Shown here: positions 11,901 to 24,558 of the stretch, one piece after another | How positions within the stretch are numbered: the first letter of the stretch is position 1 | How the letters are laid out: each line of letters begins with the position of its first letter | From: Ramazzottius varieornatus | Lineage: Eukaryota; Animalia; Tardigrada | DNA: 64,000 nt | NCBI GenBank assembly: GCA_001949185.1 | Contig: BDGG01000005.1 | Coordinates: forward strand, 2,705,972 to 2,769,971 | Direction: 5' to 3' | Notes under the pieces: model-generated | Seen by the model: only the letters and a program-made list of their open reading frames with translations | Told to the model about the DNA's origin: nothing | Databases searched by the model: none | Made by a program: the position numbers and the translations under genes

Positions 11901-12512
11901 ACCTACCCACCCACCCACCCTGGCGCTTTTACCATTGCACGATCATACACCTTTCTACCTAGTTACCCAGCCGCGTCGCTGCCGATCGCGCAGCAGGCAG
12001 CACGAGTTACGTCATACCCTGTCGGTCGTACCATTTGTCCGACCGGCAGGGTCCTGAAAGTAATCGATTCTTTGTTAATCAACTAGCTGTTTTTGCCAGT
12101 TGATTCGTACGAATTTGATTGATCAGACACAAAGTCATGATTCGCAAAAAATAAAAAAAATGGTAAAACCAGAAAAGAAATCGGGGAATCATCCTGAAAA
12201 AAGGATTCGTGCTGTCTGGAGCTCGAGCTCCCTCTGATGATTTTGCGATTCAGAGTCCCCTTGGGTATCCCTTCTTGCACTCTGCATTCTTCTCCGGGCT
12301 CTTTGGAACGAAGTAATCGTAGAACTTGGTAAGTTCAGCCAGCTATCTACCAACTTGACTTCCGTCAAAGTCAACTTTGTGCGCGTCTACTCTGATAACG
12401 AGCACCAGCGCAGTATAATCGTGCCCTTGCAAATTTCGCAGACACATCCATTGACCCTTTATCGTTGCAGGTGCCTTCTTCGCAGTTTTCGTTACCTTAC
12501 TTCAGAGGAATA

Positions 12513-13030
12513 ATGGCTACCAAAGCGCAGCACATCACGGACAAGGCCGCTCTGGACAAGATACTGAAGGATGCTGGAAGCAAGCTGGTCGTTATTGACT
12601 TCCATGCTACCTGGTGTGGCCCGTGCAGGCAGATCGGCCCTAAATTTGAGGAGTTTTCTTCAAAATATGCCGACGTTATCTTCCTGAAAGTCGATGTAGA
12701 TGAAGCCGAGGATATTCCGTCCGAATACGAAATTAGCGTTATGGTAAGATTCTGCCTTGATTGAATTTCATTTTTGATTAGTACAATTGATGACATGAAC
12801 AAGATCGTTTTCTCAACTGGCGCACACGTTCAGCCAATGATTATTGAAATCTGCGCCACTCTACTTAGCGATCGTGTTCAGTTCATTTGCGGACGTCCCA
12901 ATCTATCTTCCTTGCCGTTGTTTTTTGTTTCTAGCCCACCTTCATTTTCATCAAGAACGGAAAGCCTGTGGAGACGTTCTCTGGAGCGAACGCTGGCAAG
13001 CTGGAAGACATGATCAAGAAGCACAAGTAA
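12513..13030 (+). CDS. TXN: Thioredoxin (copy 2); exons 12513-12743 and 12935-13030
   Basis: KLVVIDFHATWCGPCR; same M|PTF intron as copy 1; exon 2 PTFIFIKNGKPVETFSGANAGKLEDMIKKHK*. Confidence 0.95.
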
Positions 13031-13810
13031 TAGTCTGATGTGTAAGGCAGCGTTGCTGGCAGCTAATGTCCCTCTTTAGACCGGTATCGTGGTTCCTTCT
13101 CGTCGTTTCCATTCCATTTCAGATAGTTCCTTGGAATTTTTCCCCAGTTTCACTACGGTGTTTGTCCGTCACCTAATTTGTCCATGGGAAGCGTTACTAA
13201 TCTATTGCGGCTAACTTATTATACTTCTAAAGAACACTCTAACGTTTTTCGCCTCTGAGTTTTACGTGCAATGTTACCTAGAATGTTTTGGTAAAATAGG
13301 AGAGCTTTATGGTCAAATTGGACTTCATCTTTGTCTTGTGAGAGCTCTCCGTTAACGAGCAAGTCTGGAAAATCGTTCGGGGAGCTCGTGATGGCTGCGT
13401 GATGCTCATCTCCAGGTGCATCGATTTTCCATCTGGAACGCTATCAAGACCTTGCGTGGTATGTCAAATTACCCCTCGTCATTTTACTCCTCTGTCGGGT
13501 ACCTGGTACGGGTTGGACTACCATTACAATCTGACGGGGCGAAGGTATTCAAGGCTAATAGTAATATGAATAGTCAGCACTTTGGTGGCAAAAAGCCACT
13601 GTGATTATCAAATTCTATCAGCGAACGTAATGGGTTTCCCGATAAGCATGCTAGCCTCTCTAGCCCCACCCAGGGTTCTGCAGGCTGATATCTGTAAGCC
13701 ATGAGACGGAGAAATTAAGGTTAACGAAAGGGACGTGTTTATGACGGATCGGAAAAACATAAATGGCGAAAATAGGACTGCAGCACTGAAAGGGTCTTCT
13801 GGTATCTTCT

Positions 13811-14886
13811 TTAAGCGACCGCACGCATTCTTTCTGGAAATAAAATACGGGAAGTGATCAGTTTACAAAATGTTTAACCAGAGCAGTAGAAAGCACTCAC
13901 GTCCAGGTTTGCCAGAGTAGTTCAGCCCTCGGAGAGGAGCAGAAGGGACACACGATCGACTTCCTACTGTGTCGATTCGACAGACCGAAGACCCTATGCA
14001 CTCCCACTCGGTATTCTTCCTGACGTTGAAGATGCAGCTACCGATGTAGTCATCTGTTTTGTTTACCGGTAAGGAGAAGCCGAAGCCTGCGAATAGAAAA
14101 CAAGTGCAACGATCCGACGGCTTGACAGAAAATCAAAGTGGAGCCTTGGCAAACGAACTCGGCAATTTTCTTTCCTAAGTGGCGCAGCCTTCTGGCTAAT
14201 AACACTAAAAGCGCGGACGCGACTTAGGAGTTGGGACCACTGTCTTGTCGAGTTTGTTTGCTGAGCTTCCGGCTAGGTGCACTGACCATCACTGGTTTCC
14301 CAAGGTCCGCTGACAGGATTGTCGTTGCATACCAGATGGTACATGGGATCCAGACGTCCGCTCTCGAGAGCGAAGATTTTTTTGGCATTGGTGGTAAAAG
14401 GTGGGCAGTCCGAGTAGCAACTATTGGACCCGTTGTTGAAGAACCTGCAGACGTAAGTGTCGCCAGCCCGAAAGGCGGAAGCTGCAAAACGAAGTACTGG
14501 AGTCATTCGAATCAGTTTGTATCGCCATTCGCTTGTCCTGAGATTCCATCCCAAAGTATTATCAGCTGAAAGCAAGAAGTAGAATTCTTCGAGGACAGAT
14601 TCACCAACCTCTCACGACTAGGAGGACAGCGAGAAAGATGTGGCGAAGTGAACTTCCGGTTCCCGCAAGGTCCATATTTGCTCGCGAGCAAAGAATATTT
14701 CAACGCTATACTTGCACCGTGGAAAATAAAACCTGAAGATGGAAGCGAATGCCAGTACTGTTCTGCAGAAAACACCGTCACGAATGTTGTTACCAGCGGT
14801 AGAAAGCACACTGGCAAACCAAGAGCACGAACTCCGAACGTGCAATGGAGGACTTTCGCGGAAGATCGAATTTTAAACAAAAGCAC
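13811..14886 (-). pseudogene. Possible multi-exon Cys-containing secreted protein gene, apparently disrupted
   Basis: Hydrophobic segment (VCFLPLVTTFVTVFSA) and exon-like Cys-rich blocks with AG/GT boundaries (about 14570-14230 and 14088-13902), but in-frame TAG at 14273, no clear ATG and a donor reading CTAAGT. Confidence 0.3.
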
Positions 14887-15374
14887 TTCGCTGACACGCC
14901 TACATATCAGTCAAACGCACTCTAAGCATACTAAACAATCCGCACTGCAAGCCTTGGCAGCGGAACAAAACCCAGCGGGGTGTCTCAAATTCTGAATAAA
15001 TTAATCGAGCAATACAAGCTAGTTCTGTTAGACAAGGTCCGCCTGAAGGTATGGTTCATCGTCCATCATAGAAGACTACCAAGATGATTTTCAAGAGATA
15101 AAGAATAACAATCCGTTTGAAAAGGACAAAAGGTTAAACAATCAAAACGAGAAGGAACAGAGAAAAAGGCAATGAGAGTTTTCGAGAAGCGCAGGCAATC
15201 GAAAGTCTCTTCAAGAGAAATCAACCAAATTCAATGAAAATTGCAAGAAAAATTGGGCTCGCTTGAGCACAGCGCAAAACGTTCACGGTTTGAAAGCTCT
15301 GGAAGATGAATCAACTTAGAGGAAAAAATTACGAGTTGAGACGGAAACGAGGAGAAGAACCGAAGAACCGAGGC

Positions 15375-16002
15375 TCATTCCAAAGTGGTAATGTGGCCAA
15401 TTTGGTCCCCGCTTGACTTATCTCTGTCCAGTCCACTCAGCTTTGGTTCCTGGCCTCCCAATGGCTTGAATACCTTCAGGTGAACGTACTTGTCCTTGTC
15501 CACTCGTACCTAGGAAGAAAGTGATGAATAAAATCGCTGCGACTGCACGAGTCCAACCGGAAGTCCAATCAACAATCAAGTCTATAATCCGAAACAAAAA
15601 CCGGTAAAACGCTCTGCAGAAAACTACGTATAGCCCGCGTCTCCAGAAAACATACAGCTATCCCATAGCGCCGCAAACAGAGCATCTCAGTTACCTTCAT
15701 AGAGTAGTTCGTTCCAGCAACGACTTGGGTCTTGTACTGCTCGACCACATATTCCTTGAGTGGTCCGACATGCTTCTCCACATAGCTGCGAACCTAGGGC
15801 CAGAAACACGGCGTGAGTACGACATAGTACCCTCCAAGACATCACAAGCTCCACCGAGAAGTCTTACTTTGTCCGCCAGAGCCTGAACTTCTGGCGTAGC
15901 CTCCTTAAGGTCGGAGTGTCCACCCACCATCCCTGGTGCGTTGCGTTTCTCCAGGTAATGTCCGGCTCCTTCAGCTTCCTGTCCTTCGGGCTGATGGCTC
16001 AT
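15375..16002 (-). CDS. Type-1 cystatin (stefin A/B-like); exons 16002-15868, 15793-15695, 15509-15375
   Basis: MVGG N-terminal motif, QVVAGTNY, YVHLKVFKPL; stefin-like 3-exon layout. Confidence 0.92.
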
Positions 16003-16411
16003 CCTTGCGGGTATCTACCTAGCCTGATCTACCTACTCACAGTCAATTTCAAGACCAAGACGACACCAATGAAGGAACAGAATAAAAACCTTTCTCTTGT
16101 TCCCGAAAAACAAATGGGAGTTTCCGAATCGTCATCAGATCAAATCAAGGGATTGCAATCAATTGATGAGGTCAGAATTTCAGCAGGAGACAAACGAAGC
16201 AGTGGGTCCTACAAGCTAACAGCGTGTAGGCTAGACTTTCCTCCTATGACTCGTTTGTTGTGGTTTCTAAATTCTAATTTTACACATTTTTAGTTTTCGT
16301 GATCTCGTTTTTCCGTTCGTCTGCCATCTCTTCCAGTTTTCGACGTAGATAGGTGCGAGAATCGTACCCGATACCTTCGTTTCAGTTGTGTAGGATCCTA
16401 ACGTCGGGAAG

Positions 16412-17045
16412 ATGTCGAACGAGCGAGATGAAGACGCAGAAGCTTTAGAGAGGTGAAGAAATGACGGATGAACGGATAATTCTTCTGCCTGACTTAAGCG
16501 TTGCGATTAGCTTGATTGCTGATTTGCTCGTCTGTAATATTGTCCCTTTCACCAGGCTGGCTGTGGAAGAACTTCTCCGCGACACTCACAAGGCTTCGAC
16601 TCGAGCTGAGACCTTCGGATCGACAGCCTGGCAAACGAGTAACGCACCGAAAGCCAACAAGATCTTCCTGAGCCGCGCTGTCGCCGGAACAGTCATACAG
16701 AATCATTTGAAGGACGCCAAGCCGGCCTCAAGAAGGACAACAGATCCAGACGAAAGAAGAAAGCAGTCGGACCGAAATATCGCCCCTCCCCTGCTGAACG
16801 ACGATGCTTACAGTCCCGGAAGTTCACTAAGTGGGTCCACAGGAAACAAATCAGCCCGGGAAACGAAAGATGCTGGAGGTCCTTCGTCCGATCGTCACGC
16901 CTCAAGAATGTCTCCGTCTGGGAAAAACCACCGTGATCGTTCAAGAAGAACCAGCCCGCGGGAAGACTCGTGCCAGAGAACAGAGCAACGGTTTCGGAAA
17001 GATAATTACGACAAAACAAGACGGGATCGTTCGAGGTCGAAATAA
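16412..17045 (+). CDS. POLR1D isoform-2-like protein with Arg/Ser/Asp-rich tail; exons 16412-16452 and 16556-17045
   Basis: MSNERDEDAEALER|LAVEELLRDTHKASTRAETFGSTAW...NKIFL resembles vertebrate POLR1D isoform 2 (ELERKAIEELLKE...RAETMG..GW...NKRFL). Confidence 0.75.
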
Positions 17046-18708
17046 AGTACGCCGTGGAAAAACGACCATTGTAATCCATTTGGTGCAGGAGCAATGTTTT
17101 CGGGATTAAGTTGCGGCTAATGTTTGATTTCAATTACAGATTGTAATCCAGATGGTATGTTTGACGGGGCGTCCAGTGTCACGCTAAGCCATTTGTCTTC
17201 GTTTCGGAAGTTATGAATCGCGGGGATCAGCGGAAGCCAACTGTGAACAGAGGTAGAGGAGAAATTAGGCAAGTGGAGTTGAAACTCGGTTATTGGTTGA
17301 AGCAATATTGGTGCGCACTGTGCACCCGTGTTATTAGTGTGGTGCGATCCTTCAGACCAGCCCTTTCGGTTGTAAACGGATAGAATATTCATAATGGTGA
17401 AAGTTGACTACGCGTACGGATGGTCATCTGACTGTCCGCTTTCGCTTACTTCTCGCTTTCTCTTCCACTTTAACGCGACATTGATGTGTCGGCAGAGAGT
17501 TACTGAATTTTGATGGATTACCCATTTTAATCCCAGTTGACGTTTCGATCTTGACCGCAAGTACAGATATAATTGAGGCTTGATGGTGGATTCAAACAAA
17601 ACGCACAAATTAGCGACCATGTGTTTCACCCGTGACCTCTTTTTCCTTTATAGGGTTTTATTTTCGGTGGATCTGCCACGAGATCGGCGGAGGTTCAGGC
17701 AGCGAAATCTATTTCAAAAACACCCGGAGTGATCAAACGTGAAATTCTACTGTCAAACAATCGCGTCGGGAAATTTTTCAACTTGTCACTTTTTGCATCT
17801 TTAAAGAGATCGATGACGGCGTTTGTGCTAAAGCATATTTGAAATGAAACGGCTGCTGAAGGAAAACTTATCTTTGACGGACCGTCTACAAACTCCGGTG
17901 TCAAAGACTGTCAAGTTTCACGCGGATAAGAATAATAAAGGACTTGAAATCGACGAAATTAGGCCGATCAAGGCAAACATTTGACACTTCGGAGGCAAGA
18001 TTTCCCTCTGTAATCATACCCTACCGAATTCTCAAGACGCGTTGATGAATGCTTGTTCTATTGGCTTCGTTTTTGTCAAACCACAATGATCCATAAAGAT
18101 TAATCCAAGTAGTCCTTGCAGGACAAAGAACAGAATCATCGGAAAAATTTTGCCACAACCATTCGTTGTCATATTGGCTTCGCGTTGATCAAGAACGATG
18201 AAGGCCAATGGTCAGTCGTACCAATCAAAACACTTGGAACGCTCACGCACTTACAACCGTCAATTTGGACTGAGTGGGATGTGAATGGAGGGCGTGGTGG
18301 GGCAGTTCCGCGCTGACGTCACAGTGGTTAATGGGTATCCGTGTATAACATGCGAACGTCATCGCTCTTTGCGCTACACACGCCCTGCCGGGTCTGCCCA
18401 GCCCAGCGCTCGTTCATGATGGCGTTATCAGACGGAATTTTTGATATGGCTACAAAGGCAGCTTTATGTTCCTGCGCTGATTGACCCAGCCTGAACGTCA
18501 AAACGCCTTTTTGGCTCAAGAGTGTTTATTACTCCAGTTTACCTTACGTGCAAGAATGAATGACTGATCGAGAGGCTTGTTGGCGCCATGGAGCTTGCCG
18601 AGCCTGACCAGCTCTCCGTATCCTACGCTGCGTCCTTTCCTGGTTGAATGACGATGTCCTAGGCATAGTAGGGCGGAAGTCGTTCTTCACAATCCATCGC
18701 CCACCGCG

Positions 18709-21700
18709 ATGGCGGTTTATTTGTTTCCTTACTTGTTGTTATTTTTTGGACTATTTCTGGAATTTCATACGGTGCGAGGCCTAGGGTTTAGTGGAATACC
18801 CGGCTTATATTGTACATTGAGAACTCCGGGATGTTGCACATTGAGGAACGATACCTGTTCCGTCCCGATTATGGGGACTGCGTGTTATTGTGATCAGTTC
18901 TGTGATCGACGAGCAGAAGGTGAAGTACCCGACTGCTGTCCAGATTTCTATGAGCACTGTAGAGGGGAAATACGCGAATATGTACCGGAGACGACTACGA
19001 CAACGTTCGGACCGTGGACTCTTCCAAGTACCAGAGTCCCTCTGAAGGAACCGGAAATTGTCAGAGGTTTGCAGCGCAGCTTGTATGTGAACTGTGACAT
19101 AGCGGTGCGCACGTGAATATTGCGTTAATTGAAAAGCATTTATCGAAGTTTCAAACTGATGGGTAAACCGTAGAAAGAAGGCTGTCACCCGCAAATACAA
19201 AACCTGCAACGGTAAACTGTCGCTGCACGTACAACATAGGGATAAGGAGTTAGCCGCGTTTGACAAGCTTAAATTTGTTGTTCTTGGGCGTGGATTTTCT
19301 GTTTAGGGGAAGAAAGTTGACTGATTGTGGCTCTTAATTTAATAAGCGAAATTGACTGACGGACCGCTGATTGACAGTTTGTTTTTCTTTCGAGGGGTTG
19401 GTATTGCGTTTTGGTAATTGTTTTGGACAAAGACGAGGTCTTGTGCCCATGTTGGCTGGTACACTAACTCATATTTGATTATCTTGTCGCCGCACTTTTT
19501 GCTCGAGTGCATCTTAATAGCTGCACGTTAGCGTATAGCCAGCGATCAATCATGAGCTTAGTGAGGGAGGATTGTTGACAGAGAATTATTACAAGCACCG
19601 TCTGCTCCGCCGAAACGAGACCGATCCGCTGTCCACTTTTCTTCCTTCACATCTGCCGTATTGTGACTTTACACTTTAGACTAGGTACACCGTCCTCCAC
19701 TCTTTACTGCGCTCCACTGACCAAGTGTGGACCTTTCGACTTTATGGCGGAGAGCACAGTCAGGCGGAAAAAAATGCGCCAAATGACCCTCATAAATGTA
19801 CCTTCTAAAACATATATACTCATACCCCGACTTCCTCACAAAAAACACACCACTCATAAAACCGCAAACAAGTCTGCATATTTTCGATGTCAAGTTATGG
19901 CCTTTAGACTTGTCCCTTCAAAACCCGAAGAACCAACTCGCGTACACTATAGTTGGGAATGAGAAGCGGGCAAATGCAGTAAATCAGTGTGCTGTCGAAA
20001 GTGCGGCACGCTCCCAGTTTACAACAATGATGATCTAGATCTGCGCCGCTTTCGACAGCGATACGACAGTTATCGAAAGTGGCGCAGATGAGCACTGTTG
20101 TTAGATAGAAGTGTGCGCCACTTGGGGTAAAACCACCCGGTTGAGTTCATTTGCCCACGACTGAATTGCATTCTTGTTAGATCATAATGGAGATTGTTTA
20201 TGTGTATTTATAGGGTGCTGGAGTGAAGGAACGTTCCATCTAGTCAGCACACGTCTACAACGCAACTGCAATGAATGGTATGTGTCGGGGTGTTGGGAAT
20301 TGAATGGTAAAATGGCAGACACAATAATTCCAGCACGTGTCGGGATATGGAGAGTGGTCATGGTTCGACAAGTGCGTCGAGAACTCCGGAATTAACGACA
20401 CTGCACCCACAGTGGCATATTTTCCCATGCATACTCGCCTTATCATAACTGGGCCGAGTTATTATTGCAGTTTCTGTCAAAAGATAAGCCCGGACGAAGA
20501 AGTCTTCGAGTTCCTCTGCGACAGCAAAGTGTGTCTCATTCAAGACGATCTCATTCAACGCGTAAACGCTAACCATCAGTACTACAGGTACTCATAAAAA
20601 AGCCACTTTGAAGTTCGTGCAAAATGTTCGGTTCGTCCACATTTGACTGTTGTACCGAACAAGCGTACACCACTTCGTTAGAAATTGATGAAAAGTATGC
20701 GCGCGAAGAGTTTTTCAATATTTGATAGGATGAAGTATCTTACTCGAAAACTGCATTTTAAAAAAAATTTATCCGATCGAACCATCGATTCACACTTTGA
20801 CATTGTCACATTGATGATTTCTTACGCAGTGGGCATACGATATTCACCTTGGTGTCAGTCAAGTTTCCTTAGTGGACATTTTGCTACAATGTTACAATAT
20901 CATATTCTCCTATTTCTAGTTGGAGCGCTTCGAACTACTCGTTCTTCTACGGGCTCACTCTGGCAGATGGCTACTTGCGCCGCCTGGGAACTTTCAAGCC
21001 GGAAGTGACGGTCAGCCGCATGCACGAAATCCGCATCGACAAGAACGCCGTCCTGCCGGACAGGTTTGACGCCAGGGAAAGATGGCCGGGACTGATACAG
21101 CCGGTGCGGGATCAGGGCGACTGTGCAGCGTCGTGGGCGTTCTCCACCTCAGGTAAAACACAGAGTTCCATCTTGAGATTCATAACGACCATTGAAAAGC
21201 TGAAAGAGACGCATTAAATGCGTTGAGCTTGTTCTGCCACTTTATCACTCGGCTAATCGGTACTTTATGGGCTAATGTCTCTTCTTGTTTAACAGAATTA
21301 GCTTCCGATCGCATTGCCATTATGACCAATGGAGAGAAGAATGAACGACTTAGCGCCCAACATTTACTGTCGTGTAATCGAAACAAACAAGAAGGCTGCA
21401 AAGGCGGGCATTTGGACCGCGCTTGGTGGTTCCTTCGGAAGAAAGGGTTTGTTCAGTAATTCGCTCACTACTTCCGGGTTCTTAGAATATACCCCAGATT
21501 CGTTTGACGGAAGTGTTTTGAAACTAAAGGAACGGTTTTTGTGGTAGAATTGTTAGCGAAGAATGCTACCCTTACAAAGTCGAGCCAGCTGCCAGTGGAA
21601 AGTGTGAAGTTGGTTCCGTTGATCTGATTGCGGTCGATAGCTGTCCGAGCGGCTCTTCACAAAAAGATTTATGGGAAATGACTCCACCGTACCGCATTGC

Positions 21701-22487
21701 TAACAAGGTTCGTGCTTTCTTAAATTTTCGAATGCATTTTCGAGTATCCGCTTCGGGTTTTGACTGTTTTCTACGTTCAGACTGACGAAATAAAATACGA
21801 AATCTACCGTAATGGACCAGTACAAGGTAAGGAACCTCAAATTGGGGACGTCGGCAAATGATTTCTCCCAGATTATTTTCCCAAGGCCAGGTGACGCAGG
21901 TTTCCATTGGTGTTGACTGAGAGCCTGCGCCACTGGTTTCTCTGCAAATCTTACGTTCTGTTTTCAGCCGCTTTCCGGGTCTATCCGTCTTTCTTCCTGT
22001 ACAAGAGCGGCGTCTACCAGAGCGACTCGGACGAGCAGTCTGATTTTTCTCTTGGCGCCGTAGACGACAAGCGGAAGTACCATTCGGTCAGAATAATTGG
22101 ATGGGGGAAAGAGTTCGCGGAACAGCGCGAGATAAACTACTGGGTAATTCCAAGAACGAAGAACATTTTTGGGAAAAAACGACTAAAAGGGTTGCTTTGT
22201 TGCAGTTATGTACGAATTCATGGGGTGTAGACTGGGGCGAGCAAGGCACGTTTCGGATAGCCATGGACGATAAGGGTGTCGGCGTGGAGTCCTTCGTGAT
22301 CGGCGTATGGGGAAGTCGGCGTGGTGGAGCTCCCGTGGAGAGCACCTTCCTCCGCAGCAAGCGCCGTTACCATCGACAGAGACAGCGACTGATCAAACGG
22401 AAACACACTCCACGCCAACGTCCACCCAAACAAGTGCGTGCGCGAGTTCGGCAGGACATGCGCAAGATCGAAAAGATGTTCGTGTGA
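18709..22487 (+). CDS. TINAGL1: Tubulointerstitial nephritis antigen-like (TINAGL1/Swim) inactive cathepsin-B-like protein, multi-exon
   Basis: Signal peptide; somatomedin-B-like [13 protein letters not shown]; [13 protein letters not shown]; [13 protein letters not shown] (catalytic Cys replaced by Ser); [13 protein letters not shown]; HSVRIIGWG; NSWGVDWGE. Confidence 0.92.
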
Positions 22488-22812
22488 AGCTCGAACCAAA
22501 TGTTTATAATATTCCTCGATCAGACTCCTCTTTTGTCGAAAGCCTCGAACACTGCCAGCGTGGACAACCCAATGTGATGTTGCATTTGTTCTTCTTACCC
22601 ATGACAGAATAACTCCACTTGTCGAATTCCTATATTTTGTGCCACATGTCGTGTTGTTGACCGAAATCCTGCATTTATTTCTGTTCTATTTTTGTGGTGC
22701 GGAAATCACTTCATTTATTCACCAGTTCAATCTTTGCCTTCATGAGGACCTGAGAAATTAGTACGACATAAAACAGCTGCAATAACAAGAAAGAAAAAAA
22801 ATGAAACGAAGG

Positions 22813-24046
22813 CTACGTAACTACAGATTCTTGAGCAGGCTGCGTACTATCGTTCTTTAGTTCTTTGCTTCTCTTCTCCTCAAACGCGGCTTTTTGTCGT
22901 TGTGCATTAGCGGCGATTTGTTCATCTCTTAAAGCTTTCTCCTTGAAGACTTCTTCGATCGCAGCCATATGATTTTCATTGCCCCATGTTTGAATGAAAA
23001 GCTCGCGTTCGAGATCGTAGCTCTGTTCAACCGATGCATCGGCACTGGAGGCTGCCGCGACGATCTTCCTGTAGTTCCGGATTATGTTCGGAGGCGCTCT
23101 TTCTAAGAAGTCTAGCATCCATTCTCTTGTCAGTTCCACACCTGAAAAGAACCACAAAAATATTAAACTTCTTTTTTTTGGACTTTGTTCCGTAATTTAC
23201 CGTCGTTGTCGTTGGCGGTCAGTTCACAGTACTTCAAGAACTTTGCATTCTTTGAATTCATCCGCCTACACGAAACGAGGTACTCTAACGCAACTTTTGG
23301 GCCCAGGATCTTGGTCAGTCTGGTCGCGCCTCCCCACCCTGTGGTGATTGCCATCTTGGCCTGGACGAAGCGGACTTCCGCCGTGTGGCCCACAATACGG
23401 TAGTCCACGGCGGTGGTCAATTCTGCGCCTCCGCCGTGTGCGGCACCTCGGACGAAGGCTGCGGATATGAGAGGTAGGTTTGTGAACCGGTGCAGGGTAT
23501 GCTGCATGAACAGGGACATTTGACCACCGAGTTCGGGCGAAGCGATTCTCTTGACGAAGTCCAGGTCGCCACCGGAGCAGAAGACGTCACCTTGCCCGTA
23601 CACTATCACGCCTTTCCCACCGTCCCATTTCTCCAGCTCTGTCACGATTTTCTCCAGTTCCACCATCATTGTACCTAAAAGCAACCAAATAACAACGAGT
23701 AAAAAGCACGTAGGGAACCATCGGGAATTAAGTTACCGGATAGGGCGTTTTTCTTGGCAGAGTTGTTAATTTTCACCTCGGCAATGGATTGCTTGTTCAG
23801 GTCCAAATCGATCGAGCCTTCTCCACCGGAAGTGCGGCAAACTTCGAGGAAATCCGCGCACCATTCTTGAATGTTGAGATTCTTATCGGTCAGGCTGGGC
23901 GTACTACGTTCCGCAAAGGTACCGTGAAGCTTTGAAAAGTGTCTGGAGTAGGACGAAGCGCGTCGGACATGAGGAACGTGAAACGGCTTGGAAGAATGAA
24001 GTCCGGAGCGAAGTACCGCTTGCATCGCAGCCCATTTGGCCACCAT
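22813..24046 (-). CDS. ECHDC1: Ethylmalonyl-CoA decarboxylase (crotonase family), 3 exons
   Basis: KKNALSG|TMMVEL, FCSGGDL, GGGAELTTAVDYR, TGWGGATRL, ERELFIQTWG. Confidence 0.88.
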
Positions 24047-24558
24047 CTCGCAGCCTGCCCTGCCCTCGTTTCAGACGGTATCCTCTGCAGTCAGCTTCCC
24101 ACCTTAGCTGCTTCGTGCAAAGAACAACAGCTTCAGAAACCTCAGAGTTGGAAGGCAGATATGCAAAGCAACTGCGAAGTCACCGTCGAAGTGCTCAAGT
24201 GCGAACAAGCAATCTTGCATCCAATCAATCAATCGATATTTTAACCAAGTTGCGGCATTAGCCTATTCATTGCACTTTGGTGCGCCATGCTGTTCGCCAA
24301 GATTCGTATTTGCGAAGCTTCCATACGGTTCGAGGTTAGTCCCAACGGCCCTACATGGAATTCATTCATTTGAATCTACATCAGCTGATCAGTGAATGGA
24401 CCTGATTGTGGCAGTGATGAGTGATCCCTCTCTTTCTCATCTCTCACCGAACGGAAAACGGTATTCTTTCGAAGCGATCGACTTCTGCCGGAAATATCTC
24501 GTGCTCACAGGTTGCTGAAGCTATCAAAGAAGGGATACTATTGCTGAGAGAGACCGCC

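Noticed and set aside
15375-22487. Cystatin near a cathepsin-like gene as an inhibitor-enzyme module
   Set aside because: The stefin lacks a signal peptide, and the TINAGL1-like protein is secreted and lacks the catalytic Cys; likely chance
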